The notes beneath the pieces are model-generated. The model did no database searches. It saw nothing but the letters and a program-made list of their open reading frames with translations, and was not told where the DNA came from. 64,000 bases of DNA, taken from Mobula hypostoma. Its lineage: Eukaryota. Shown here piece by piece: positions 25,511 through 35,849 of the stretch (positions are counted from its first letter, which is position 1; every line of letters starts with the position of its first letter). The stretch spans positions 14,446,001 to 14,510,000 of the forward strand of contig NC_086108.1 in the NCBI RefSeq assembly GCF_963921235.1, written 5' to 3'. A program made the translations under genes and the position numbers.

Positions 25511-26087
25511 TGTCTAGGGGAAATCTCGCCCTGCACCTGCCTCAACGCTTCCCACGGAGTCGGTTGCTGCACCATTGCCGCCCGAATCAATCCCAAACAT
25601 CAATCATCAGCCAGCACACCAGTACGTTTTACCAAGTACACTTTATAGATATTACTAAATCTATGAAATTAATATAAATTTGATACAGAAAAGGAAGTAA
25701 TGGGAAAAAAAAGGCACCAGACTTATCAAAGTCCAAGTTCTTCATGCGCAACCGTTGGAGCTCAATCAATTCCTGATGACCACCCGGATCCTGTCGACTC
25801 ACGGCTCAGGACCACCCGGAGTGATCGACCGGAGCCTTTCCACACGTCCGCCGTCCTCCCCGTCTCTCCTCCGACTCCTCGCCAAAAACCCCCGTTCCCA
25901 GTCATACGAGTCAGCATTCTCACCCGAAAAAATGATACATGAACACCCATTGGCTAATAGCACCCTGCTGTCTGTATTAACCCCAGCAAATGTCGAGCTA
26001 GAGACTTTCTCAGTGTTTAACATAACAAAGAAGTATTCCCCAGTATAACATAACAAAGAAGCCATTTAAAAAAAAAGACCCCGTACA
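25511..26087 (-). mobile_element. Probable solo LTR inserted in the Gypsy element
   Basis: Termini tgtctagggg...ccccgtaca (TG..CA, imperfect inverted ends), non-coding, CCAAT on the - strand near 25950, composition unlike the flanks. No TSD is visible; the left flank abuts the CR1. Confidence 0.5.
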
Positions 26088-28224
26088 TCTGCATATAGAG
26101 ACTTTGATTTGCGTTAACAAGAATACATCAGGGGGAGTGTTTTTATTTTGTAAATTTTTCTGGAAATTACTTTTCCAAGGGTAAATGGGACAATCCATCA
26201 GCATTTCCATGATTAGTCATCCTCTTGAATTCAATCTTGTAATTGGGGCCTCCAGGAAACAGAGCCCATCTCTGCATTAGTACTGCTGCTGCTGTTAGGG
26301 GAACACACTTTTGTGGATTGAAAATAAACACCAGGGTTAAACTCTCTCCCATACAACTATTGGTTAAAATGTTTTGCACCCCAAACCAGTCTTAAGGCCT
26401 CTTTGTCAATCCCTGCATAGTTTTTCTCTGCAGCAGTAAGGGAATGTGATGCAAAGGCTATTCATTTCCATCACTCATAACATGTGACATGACTGCACCT
26501 ATACCATAAGGTGAGATATTGCAGGCAAGCTTCACTGGACGGTGTGTCAGTACAGTGTCTGATGTCACCATTTGAAAGCCATCTCACACTACTTTGTTCA
26601 TTACCATTTCTTTCCACTCTGCAGTAATGATTTCAAGGGGTGGAGCACAGTGGCCAGGTTTGGCAGTGATCTATTATAGTAGTTGACAAATCCTAAAAAG
26701 GACTGCAGCTGTGACATGTTCTTTGGCCTTGGGACGTCCACCACTGCTTGAATTTTCTCAGCACACTGGTGTAATCCTTGACCGTCAATAGTGTGACCAC
26801 AGTAAGTGATGCTTGGTTTAAAGAATTCACGCTTGTCACGTTATGTTCTGAACCCATAATCTTCTAATCAAAACAAGGTTTTGGTTGCTTGTCATCCTTA
26901 CTGGTAATAATGATGCATCTAGGTAACACTGAGTGCCTGGGCCACTTCACAGCATCTAGTCTATAGCTTTCTGCCAAAGTGCAGATACAGATGCTGCTCC
27001 AATAAATAAGCCTATTATAGCAATAAAGCCCTTTGTGAGAGTTTATGGTGAGAAACACTTTGGACTCAGCTATGTCCGCTTTGCTGAAGTGTTTTCCTCC
27101 AGAAAGGTTTGCAAAGGTATCTTCTATCCTGGGCAAAAGGTATTGCCGACATGCTCTTTGTATGTGTCCTACTTTCTTGCACTTTCGACAAGTTTAGAAT
27201 CTTTTAAATTTGCATTGGTCCAGTGTAGTCGAGCCCCTGCCAGAATAGTAATGCAGCTTATTCAGTCTGGCCGGTTTCTGTTTAGAAGCTGCTCACTTTC
27301 ATTTCTAACTGCAACCCAATTGTGTCTCTGTCTGTGGTTTCCATTGATGCAGCAATTTCAGTTGCTTTTCTGAGTTGTGCTTCAGTTAGGAGCCGTTTTT
27401 GAATACTTTCTTGTAAGATTCCGCAAACTGAACGATCTCTTCGTGTCTCATTAAACCCATTACTGAACTGACTGCTCAGACAGTCGCTTCAATTCAGCCT
27501 CATACACTGAAGTGGACATCCTTTCCTTTTGATTCCGCTTAAGAAACCAAAAGTTTCTGCAATCAGTAATGGCTTCGGTTCAAAATGTTCCTGCACTACC
27601 TTGACAATATCTGCAGTGCTCATTTCTGCTGGTTTTGGTTGGAGCAGTTAAACTTTGAAGCAAACAGTATGCCTTTAAACCCAATGAGCTTATCAATTTT
27701 TCTGACATCGCTGGCCATTTCTGCTTTTTTTTAATGATTATTATCACCCAGTACTTACTCTTTACAGACCTTTAAATTCTTCCACTTTCTAGCTTTTTAA
27801 AAAAAAGACTTGACAGTCTCTTCCCATCCGAAGAATATGTGCTGCGCTGCCTTAAAAAAATTTCAACAGGCTCTGCATGTGTTGGGCTGCATTTTTCTTT
27901 TGTTTGAGCGTCTTGCTGCACTTCAACAGATCCATAGTCGTCTTAGGCTCATTTTAAAAATACCTAGTTTCTAATGTTATGGTTTGTAACTTTAAAACAT
28001 TAAGCTAATTCAAAGGAAGACCCGGAAGTCCAGAAATGCGGATCTAACTTCAAGTTTACTTTAGTGAGGCATGCGTATATCACATGGTAGCATGACGATG
28101 TATGCAATTCACGTATTTATGTATATAACCCATAATGAATTATTAAGATGAACAAAAATGCTTAATCAACCAAAATATATATGCAAGATTACTCAAATAT
28201 TTTTGAAATATTAAGTAGACAACA

Positions 28225-28717
28225 CATTTGTCAAACCACACTTGGAGTATTGTGAAGTTTTGGGCCCCTTAGCTAATAAAGGATGTGCTGGCCCTGGAGA
28301 GGGTCCAGAAGAGATTCACAAGAATGATCCCAGGAATGAAAGGATTAATGTATGAGGAGTATTTGATGGCTGTAGGCCTTTACTCGCTGGAGTTTAGAAA
28401 AATAGTTGTGGGGGGGAATCTCATTGAACTCTAACGAATTTTGAAAGACCTAGATAGAGTGAACATGGAGTAGGGGAGAGCACAGCCTCGGATGTCCCTT
28501 TAGAACAGAGATGAGGAGGAATTTCCTTAGCCAGAGGGTGGTGAATCTGTGAATTCATTACCAAAGATAGCTGTGGAGGCCAAGCCTTTGGGTATATTTA
28601 AAGTGGAGGTTGATATGTTCTTGATTAGTAAGTGTGTCAAAGGTTATCTGGAGAAGGTAGGATAATGGGGCTGTGAGAGATAATAAATCAGCCACAGTGG
28701 AATGTTGGAGAGGATTT
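28225..28717 (+). mobile_element. CR1 3' fragment
   Basis: cacttggagtattgt, RFTRMIPGMKGL.YEE, FLSQRVVNL similarity to the CR1 C-terminus. Confidence 0.75.
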
Positions 28718-30480
28718 GATGGGCTCAATAACGAAGCATGGGATCCAAGGGGACATTGATTTGTGGATCCAAAACTGGCTTGCCCACAGAAGGCAAAAAG
28801 TGGTTGTGGACGGGTCATATTCTGCATGGAAGTCAGTGACCAGTGGTGTGCCTCAGGGATCTGTTCTGGGACCCCTACTCTTCATGATTTTTATAAATGA
28901 CCTGGATAAGGAAGTGTAGGAACGGGTTTGTAAATTTACTGATGACACAAAGGTTGGGGGTGTTGTGGATAGTGTGGAGGGCTGTCAGAGGTTACCGTGG
29001 GACTTTGATAGGATGCAAAACTGGGCTGAGAAGTGGCAGATGGAGTTCAACCCAGATAAGTGTGAAGTGGTTCATTTTAGTAGGTCAAATATGATGGCAG
29101 AATATACTATTAATGGCAAGACTCTTGGCAGTGTGGAGGATCAGAGAAATCTTGTGGTCCGAGTCCATAGGACACTCAAAGCTGCTGCACAGGTTGACTC
29201 TGTGGTTAAGAAGGCATATGGTGAATTGGCCTTCATCAATCACGGGATTGAGTTTAGGAGCGGAGAGGTAATGTTGCAGCTGTATAGGACCCTGGTCAGA
29301 CCCCACTTGGGGTACTGTGCTCAGTTCTGGTCATCTCACTACAGGAAGGATGTGGAAACTATAGAAAGGATGCAGGGAAGATTTACAAAAATGTTGTCTG
29401 GATTGGGGAGCATGCCTTATGAGAATAGGTTGAGTGAATTCGGCCTTTTTTCCTTGCGATGGAGGATGAGAGGTGACCTGATAGAGGTGTGTAAGATGAT
29501 GAGAGGCATTGATTAGATTTTTTTTAGATTAAATTAGATTATGAGAACACGCAGTCCTCTTTTATTGTCATTTAGTAATGCATGCATTAAGAAACGATAC
29601 AATGTTTTTCCAGAATGATACCACGGAAACACATGACAAACCGACTTAAAAACTAACAAAAACCACATAATTATAAGATATAGTTACAACAGTGCAAAGC
29701 AATACCGTAATTTGATAAGAACAGACCATGGCACGGTAAAAATCTCAAAGTCTCTCAAAAGTCCCATCATCTCACGCAGATGGTAAACCTGCAGCGCCGC
29801 CAACTTACCGATGCAGCATCCTGGAAGCATCCGACCACAGTCCGTCCGAAAACTCCAAGCCTCCGACCAGCTCTTCGACACCGAGCACCATCTCTACCGA
29901 GCGCTTTGACGCCGGCCCCAGCTACAGGCAATAGGCAAAGCCGAGGATTTGGGGCCTTCATCTCCGGAGATTCTCGATCGTGCAGTAGCAGCAGCAGTGA
30001 AGCAGGCATTTCAGAAGTTACTCCAGATGTTCCTCCGTGCCTCTCACGGCTGTCTCCATCAAATCCGGATTGTGCATGGCCCCCTAGTTACACATAATCG
30101 ATATCATTCGGAATGGCTGCGCATGCTGCATCGCGCCACCATCTTCTCCTCCCACCATGATTGTGTGGCTAGTCAGAGGCTTTATCCCAGATCTGAAGTG
30201 GCTAGCACGAGAGTTTTAAGGTGCTCTGAAGTAGGTACAGAGGAGATATCCAGGGTAAGTTTTTTTACGCAGAGAGTGGTGAGTGAGTGGAATGGGCTGC
30301 TGGCATCAGTGGTGGAGGCAGATACAATAGGGTCTTTTAGAGACTCCTGGATAGGAACATGGAGCTTAGAAAATTAGAGGGCTATAGGTAACCCTAGGTA
30401 ATTTCTAAGGTAAGGACAAGTTCGGCACAGCTTTGTGGGCCGAAGGGCCTGTATTGTGCTGTAGGTTTTCTATGTTTCTA
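28718..30480 (+). mobile_element. 5'-truncated CR1 LINE interrupted by an insertion at 29514-30158
   Basis: [39 protein letters not shown]; resumes at 30159 and ends in the ttctatgtttcta tail. Confidence 0.88.
29514..30158 (-). mobile_element. Non-coding, non-autonomous retroposon of about 640 bp (LINE-like head and tail)
   Basis: - strand begins gtgggaggagaagatggtggcg (YY1-like AAGATGG) and ends aataaaagaggactgcgtgttctcat-(aatct)n; no tRNA boxes; second copy at 1739-1989. Confidence 0.7.
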
Positions 30481-30645
30481 AATGGCCTAATTCTGCTTCT
30501 CTTTCTTATGGGTAGGAGCATATGGGCCACTCGGGCAGGTGAGACTGGCTCAGGTAGAGATCTTGATCAGCATGGATGAGTTGGGCCAATGGCTTGTTTC
30601 CATGATTATTAGACTATAACTCTCTCTTTCTCTCTCCCCCAACAG

Positions 30646-30702
30646 AGGAAGTGATGTTACTGGAAGAAAATAAAAATGCTGGAGAGAAATCAGCCCTGGA
30701 TG
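30646..30702 (+). CDS. CACNA1E: Cav2.3 coding exon, proximal I-II linker
   Basis: ctctctcccccaacag|AG GAA GTG...CTG GAT G|gtaag; 57 bp, phase 1-1; (E)EVMLLEENKNAGEKSALD continues the AID in frame. Confidence 0.92.
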
Positions 30703-31639
30703 GTAAGATTGCCTCTGTCTGGTCTTGTCGTTTTTTGTTTTCTGTCACTCCCTTTCTGTTAGGACCCTTCCCCATCCCTTCCCACCCAATGACATTTCTG
30801 TAAATTGAGCACCTTCTAAACAACGTGACGCCTTTCAGCTATTCTTCCCAAAGGGGATAATTTCATATTTATCCACATTATACTGTATCTGCCAAGCTCA
30901 CTCTATGTTGTCTCTTTCAATCTCTTTCAATCTAAAGAAGCCTCTTTCAATCTTATTTACCAATTATGCCACCAATTTTAATGTCATTGGCTAATGTAGA
31001 AGCTTTGCATTCTGTTCTCGCTGTGAAACAGGAATACCTCTTTTTTTTGCTCTTATTGGGGAGGGAGAGAGCCTGTGGTATGTCAAATTATCGGGTGTAC
31101 GAGTAGTTTTTGAGCTACTACAAGTCTGTGTCTTTATTGATGCTTTGCTACATGTTTGAGTGCTTGGTGGAGGGTGTTGATGCTTTTATGCTAGTGCGGA
31201 TGGAGGGGTTGTCATTGCCTTGCGTGGGAGGGGGAGTAGTGGGGAGCAGTCTTGGGGTTCTAACGTTTTAACTGCCATTCATTCTCTGGGGTACTCCTCT
31301 GTTTTCATGGATGTCTGCAAAGACGAAGAATTTCAGGATGTATATTTTATACATTTCTCTGACATTAAATGTACCTATTGACCTATCGTTCTCTCATATC
31401 AATCATTGCTAAATATTGTAAATAGTTGAGGCCCAAGCAATGACCCCTGCGATACCCACTAATGACCAGCTGCCGTCCTAAATACAGAACACAAATAATT
31501 CAACACACTCACCACTGACTGACAGATTTTCTGGAATGTTGGATGTTGTTTCTATTAGTACTGCTACACACTGCTAATTCATCTTTTTTGTAGATGTTAC
31601 ACTGTGTTTATAATAAATTTCTAATGAAGCTGGTTCACA

Positions 31640-32465
31640 AAAGACTACAGTTGCTGGAATCTGGAACAACAAACTGCTGACAATCTCAGCAAGTCAAGCA
31701 AACTTGTGGGGGAGAAAGAACAGTGGAGATTTCAGGTCAAGCACACTTGTGGGGGAGAACAGATAGTCGAGATTTCAGGTCAAGCACACTTGTGGGGGAG
31801 AATGGATAGTCGAGATTTCAGGTCAAGCACACTTGTGGGGGAGAAAGAATAGTTGAGATTTCAGGTCAAGCACACTTGTGGGGGAGAACAGATAGTTGAG
31901 ATTTCAGGTCAAGCACACTTGTGGGGGAGAACAGATAGTCGAGATTTCAGGTCAAGCACACTTGTGGGGGAGAATGGATAGTCGAGATTTCAGGTCAAGC
32001 ATACTTGTGGGGGAGAAAGAATAGTTGAGATTTCAGGTCAAGACCATTCATCTAGACTGAAAGGTAGAGGAGAGATGGCCAGTTTTAAGCAGTAAGGGGA
32101 AGAGTCAGCAGGTGAAGAAGCATGGGGGAGGCAGAGAGCTGGGAGGTGATGGGTGGAGGTTACAAAGTGCTGTGGTAGGAGAGTAAGGTGGAGTATGGCA
32201 TCAAGGGTGGGAGGTGGGAAGTGCAGATGGGAACAGTGCAGGAGGGACCCAGTAGGAGTAGTGCATGGTGATGGGCAGTTGGAGCAGGTAGAGGAGGGGA
32301 AGGAATCAGGGTGATGTGGGCTGGGGTGGTGTTGGAAGAACTGGGTTGCTCAGGAGGAGAGAGAAAAGATACAGCAGTGGGAGAAGTTTACTGGGAATTG
32401 AAGAATACAATGTTCTAGGTGCCAGGTTCAAGACTATCCAGGTGCAAAATGAGGTGTTGTCTGGA
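31640..32465 (-). mobile_element. Old Penelope-like 3' fragment containing a tandem expansion
   Basis: - strand 32395-32460 translates QHLILHLDSLEPG..NIVF (end of GIY-YIG), then a pyrimidine tract, a decayed hammerhead (agtctagatgaatggtcttgacctgaaa) and the usual tail. Confidence 0.7.
31698..32041. repeat. 43-bp tandem repeat, 8 copies
   Basis: Unit gcacacttgtgggggagaaNNNatagtYgagatttcaggtcaa starting at 31698, 31741, 31784, 31827, 31870, 31913, 31956, 31999. Confidence 0.95.
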
Positions 32466-32559
32466 AGGAGCATTTGATCCATGGCTCCAGTGGTTTTAAA
32501 AAGAAGTCTGGAAACCAGTTCCCCATAAGTGGAGAGGGAGCATGGGCAGTAAGTGAAGA

Positions 32560-33325
32560 GGGATCATAGGAAGTGGGGCAATGAGTGGTGAGGGATCATG
32601 GGAAGTGGCCCCAGTGAGTGGAGAGAGACCATAGGAAGTGGGGCCCCAGTGAGTGGAGAGAGATCATGGGAAGTCACCCCAGTGGGTGGAGAGAGACCAT
32701 GGGAAGTTGCCCCAGTGGGTAGAGAGAGACCATGGGAAGTCACCCCAGTGGGTGGAGAGAGATCATGGGAAGTGGGGCCCCAGTGAGTGGAGAGAGATCA
32801 TGGGAAGTGGAGCCCCAGTGAGTGGAGAGGGATCATGGGAAGTGGGGCCCCAGTGAGTGGAGAAAGATCATGGGAAACGGGGCCCCAGTGAGTGGAGAAA
32901 GATCATGGAAAGTGGGGCCCCAGTGAGTGGAGAGAGACCATGGGAAGTTGCCCCAGTGGGTGGAGAGAGACCATGGGAAATCACCCCAGTGGGTGGAGAG
33001 AGATCATGGGAAGTGGGGCCCCAGTGAGTGGAGAGAGATCATGGGAAGTGGAGCCCCAGTGAGTGGAGAGAGATCATGGGAAGTGGGGCCCAAGTGAGTG
33101 GAGAGAGATCATGGGAAGTGGGGCTCCAGTGAGTGGAGAGAAATCATGGGAAGTGGGGCCCCAGTGAGTGGAGAGAGACCATGGGAAGTTGCCCCAGTGG
33201 GTGGAGAGAGACCATGGGAAGTCACCCCAGTGGGTGGAGAGATCATGGGAAGTGGGGCCCCAGTGAGTGGAGAGAGATCATGGGAAGTGGGGCCCCAGTG
33301 AGTGCAGAGGGAACATAGGAGGTGG
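32560..33325. repeat. G/purine-rich minisatellite, 33-35-bp units, about 21 copies
   Basis: Units gatcatgggaagtggggccccagtgagtggagaga (35 bp) interleaved with gaccatgggaagttgccccagtgggtggagaga / ...gtcacccc... (33 bp). Confidence 0.95.
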
Positions 33326-33399
33326 GGCGATGATGTCATAGACCAAAACATTGGGACTTGCGAGTTGGACAGCAATTCATCTGAGTTTTACTGTATTAG

Positions 33400-34205
33400 A
33401 AAACATAGAAAATAGGTGCAGGAGTAGGCCATTCGGCCCTTTGAGCCTGCACCGCCATTCAGTATGATCATGGCTGATCATCCAACTCAGAACCCTGTAC
33501 CAGCCTTCCCTCCATATCCCCTGATCCCTTTAGCCACAAGGGCCATATCTAACTCCCTCTTAAATATAGCCAATGAACTGGCCCAACTGTTTCCTGTGGC
33601 AGAGAATTCCACAGATTCACCACTCTCTGTGTGAAGAAGTTTTTCCTAATTTCAGTCCTAAAAGGCTTCCCCTTTATCCTCAAACTATGACCCCTCATTC
33701 TGGACTTCCCCAACATCAGGAACAATCTTCCTGCATCTAGCCTGTCCAATCCCTTTAGGATTTTATACGTTTCAATTAGATCCCCCTTCAATCTTCTAAA
33801 TTCCAACGAGTACAAGCCCAGTTCATCCAGTCTTTCTTCATACGAAAGTCCTGCCATCCCAGGAATCAATCTGGTGAACCTTCTTTGTACTCCCTCTATG
33901 GCAAGGATGTCTTTCCTCAGATTAGGGGACCAAAACTGCACACAATACTCCAGGTGTGGTTTCACCAAGGCCTTGTACAACTGCAGTAGTACCTCCCTGC
34001 TCCTGTACTCGAATCCTCTTGCTATGAATGCCAGCATACCATTCGCCTTTTTCACCGCCTGCTGTACCTGCATGCCCATTTTCAATGACTGGTGTATAAT
34101 GACACCCAGGTCTGGTTGCACCTCCCCTTTTCCTAATTGGCCACCATTCAGATAATTATCTGTTTTCCTGTTTTTGCCACCAAAGTGGATAACCTCACAT
34201 TTATT
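33400..34205 (-). mobile_element. 5'-truncated CR1, same young subfamily as 22174-25505
   Basis: Near-identical to 22190-22985; ORF 33549-34121. Confidence 0.92.
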
Positions 34206-34399
34206 CCCTCTTTCTGTTACCTGTCAACCAGTTTCCAACCCATGTCAGTACATCACCAATACATTCCAATCTTGCATGCCTAATGGAACTTTGATAAAGG
34301 CTTTCAGAAATTCCAAGTTGACCATATCTAGTTTTCTCTGATCTGTTTCAGGAATTATAGCCTCAGAAAACTATAATTTGCATTTCATGAAACTACCTT

Positions 34400-35796
34400 C
34401 TAACTTTGCCTCCAACTTTCACCCTGCCCTCAAGTTTACCTGGTCCATTTCCGACATCTCCCTCCCCTTTCTAAATCTTTCTGTCTCTGTCTCTGGAGAC
34501 AGCTTATCCACTGATGTCTACTATAAGCCTACTGACTCTCACAGCTATCTGGACTATTCCTCTTCTCACCCTGTCTCTTGCAAAAATGCCATCCCCTTCT
34601 CGCAATTCCTCCGTCTCCACCGCATCTGCTCTCAGGATGAGGCTTTTCATTCCAGGACGAGGGAGATGTCCTCTTTTTTTAAAGAGAGAGGCTTCCCTTC
34701 CTCCACTATTAACTCTGCTCTTAAATGCATCTCCCCCATTTCACGCACATCTGCTCTCACTCCATCCTCCCGCCACCCCACTAGGAATAGGGTTCCCCTG
34801 GTCCTCACCTACCACCCCACCAGCCTCCGGGTCCAACATATTATTCTCCATAACTTCCACCACCTCCAACGGGATCCCACCACTAAGCACATCTTTCCCT
34901 TCCCCCCCGCTTTCCGCAGGGATCGCTCCCTACGCGACTCCCTTGTCCATTCGTTTCCCCCCCATCCCTCCCCACTGATCTCCCTCCTGGCACTTATCCT
35001 TGTAAGCGGAACAAGTGCTACACATGCCCTTACACTTCCTCCCTGACCACCATTCAGGGCACCAAACAGTCCTTCCAGGTGAGGCGACACTTCACCTGTG
35101 AGTCGGCTGGGGTGATATACTGTGTCCGGTGCTCCCGATGTGGCCTTCTATATATTGGTGAGACTCGACACAGACTGAGAGACCGCTTTGCTGAACACCT
35201 ACGCTCTGTCCGCCAGAGAAAGCAGGATCTCCCAGTGTCCACGCATTTTAATTCCACATCCCATTCCCATTCTGACATGTCTATCCACGGCCTCCTCTAC
35301 TGTAAAGATGAAGCCACACTCAGGTTGGAGGAACAACACCTTATATTCCGTCTGGGTAGCCTCCAACCTGATGGCATGAACATCGACTTCTCTAACTTCC
35401 GCTAATGCCCCACCTCCCCCTCGTACCCCATCCGTTATTTATTTTTATACACACATTCTTTCTCTCACTCTCCTTTTTCTCCCTCTGTCCCTCTGACTAT
35501 ACCCCTTGCCCATCCTCTGGGTTCCCCTCCACCTTGTCTTTCTCCCTGGACCTCCTGTCCCATGATCCTCTTGTATCCCTTTTGCCAATCACCTGTCCAG
35601 CTCTTGGCTCCATCCCTCCCCCTCCTGTCTTCTCCTATCATTTTGGATCTCCCCCTCCCCCTCCCACTTTCAAATCTCTTACTAACTCTTCCTTCAGTTA
35701 GTCCTGACGAAGGGTCTCGGCCTGAAACGTTGACTGTACCTCTTCCTAGAGATGCTGCCTGGCCTGCTGCGTTCACCAGCAACTTTGATGTGTGCT
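34400..35796 (+). mobile_element. 5'-truncated Penelope-like element (RT C-terminus, linker, GIY-YIG, hammerhead tail)
   Basis: ORF 34378-35046 (FHPALKFT..LPFL..TDVYYKPTDSHSYL..SSHP..K.AIP.SQFLRL.RICS) and ORF 35079-35405 (GIY-YIG). Confidence 0.92.
35700..35735 (+). ncRNA. Minimal hammerhead ribozyme motif (GUU cleavage triplet)
   Basis: AGTC-CTGACGA-AGGgtctcggCCT-GAA-ACGT-T^GACT; identical to 9986-10021 except C>T at the cleavage site. Confidence 0.7.
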
Positions 35797-35849
35797 ACCT
35801 TGTTATTGTTTATGTCTCACCCTGTTGGTTCTTTCTTAGCATCATTATC

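Larger units (their letters stand above)
20372..28224 (-). mobile_element. Decayed Gypsy/Ty3 LTR retrotransposon with both LTRs, interrupted by nested insertions
   Basis: 5' LTR 27975-28224 (TG...CA) resembles the truncated 3' LTR 20372-20525. - strand order gag (CCHC-like CRKCKKVGHIQRAC about 27150-27190), RT (PRIEDTFANLSGGKHFSK), RNase H end (HGNADGLSHLP), integrase (WRKIHVDFA..LVVVDA..KWPEV). Confidence 0.85.

Noticed and set aside
31698..32041. CRISPR-like array
   Set aside because: Head-to-tail units without unique spacers, eukaryotic context, no cas genes.
32598..33375. Repetitive ORFs (WRE.MGSGAPVS...)
   Set aside because: Translations of the minisatellite, with no splice or homology support.
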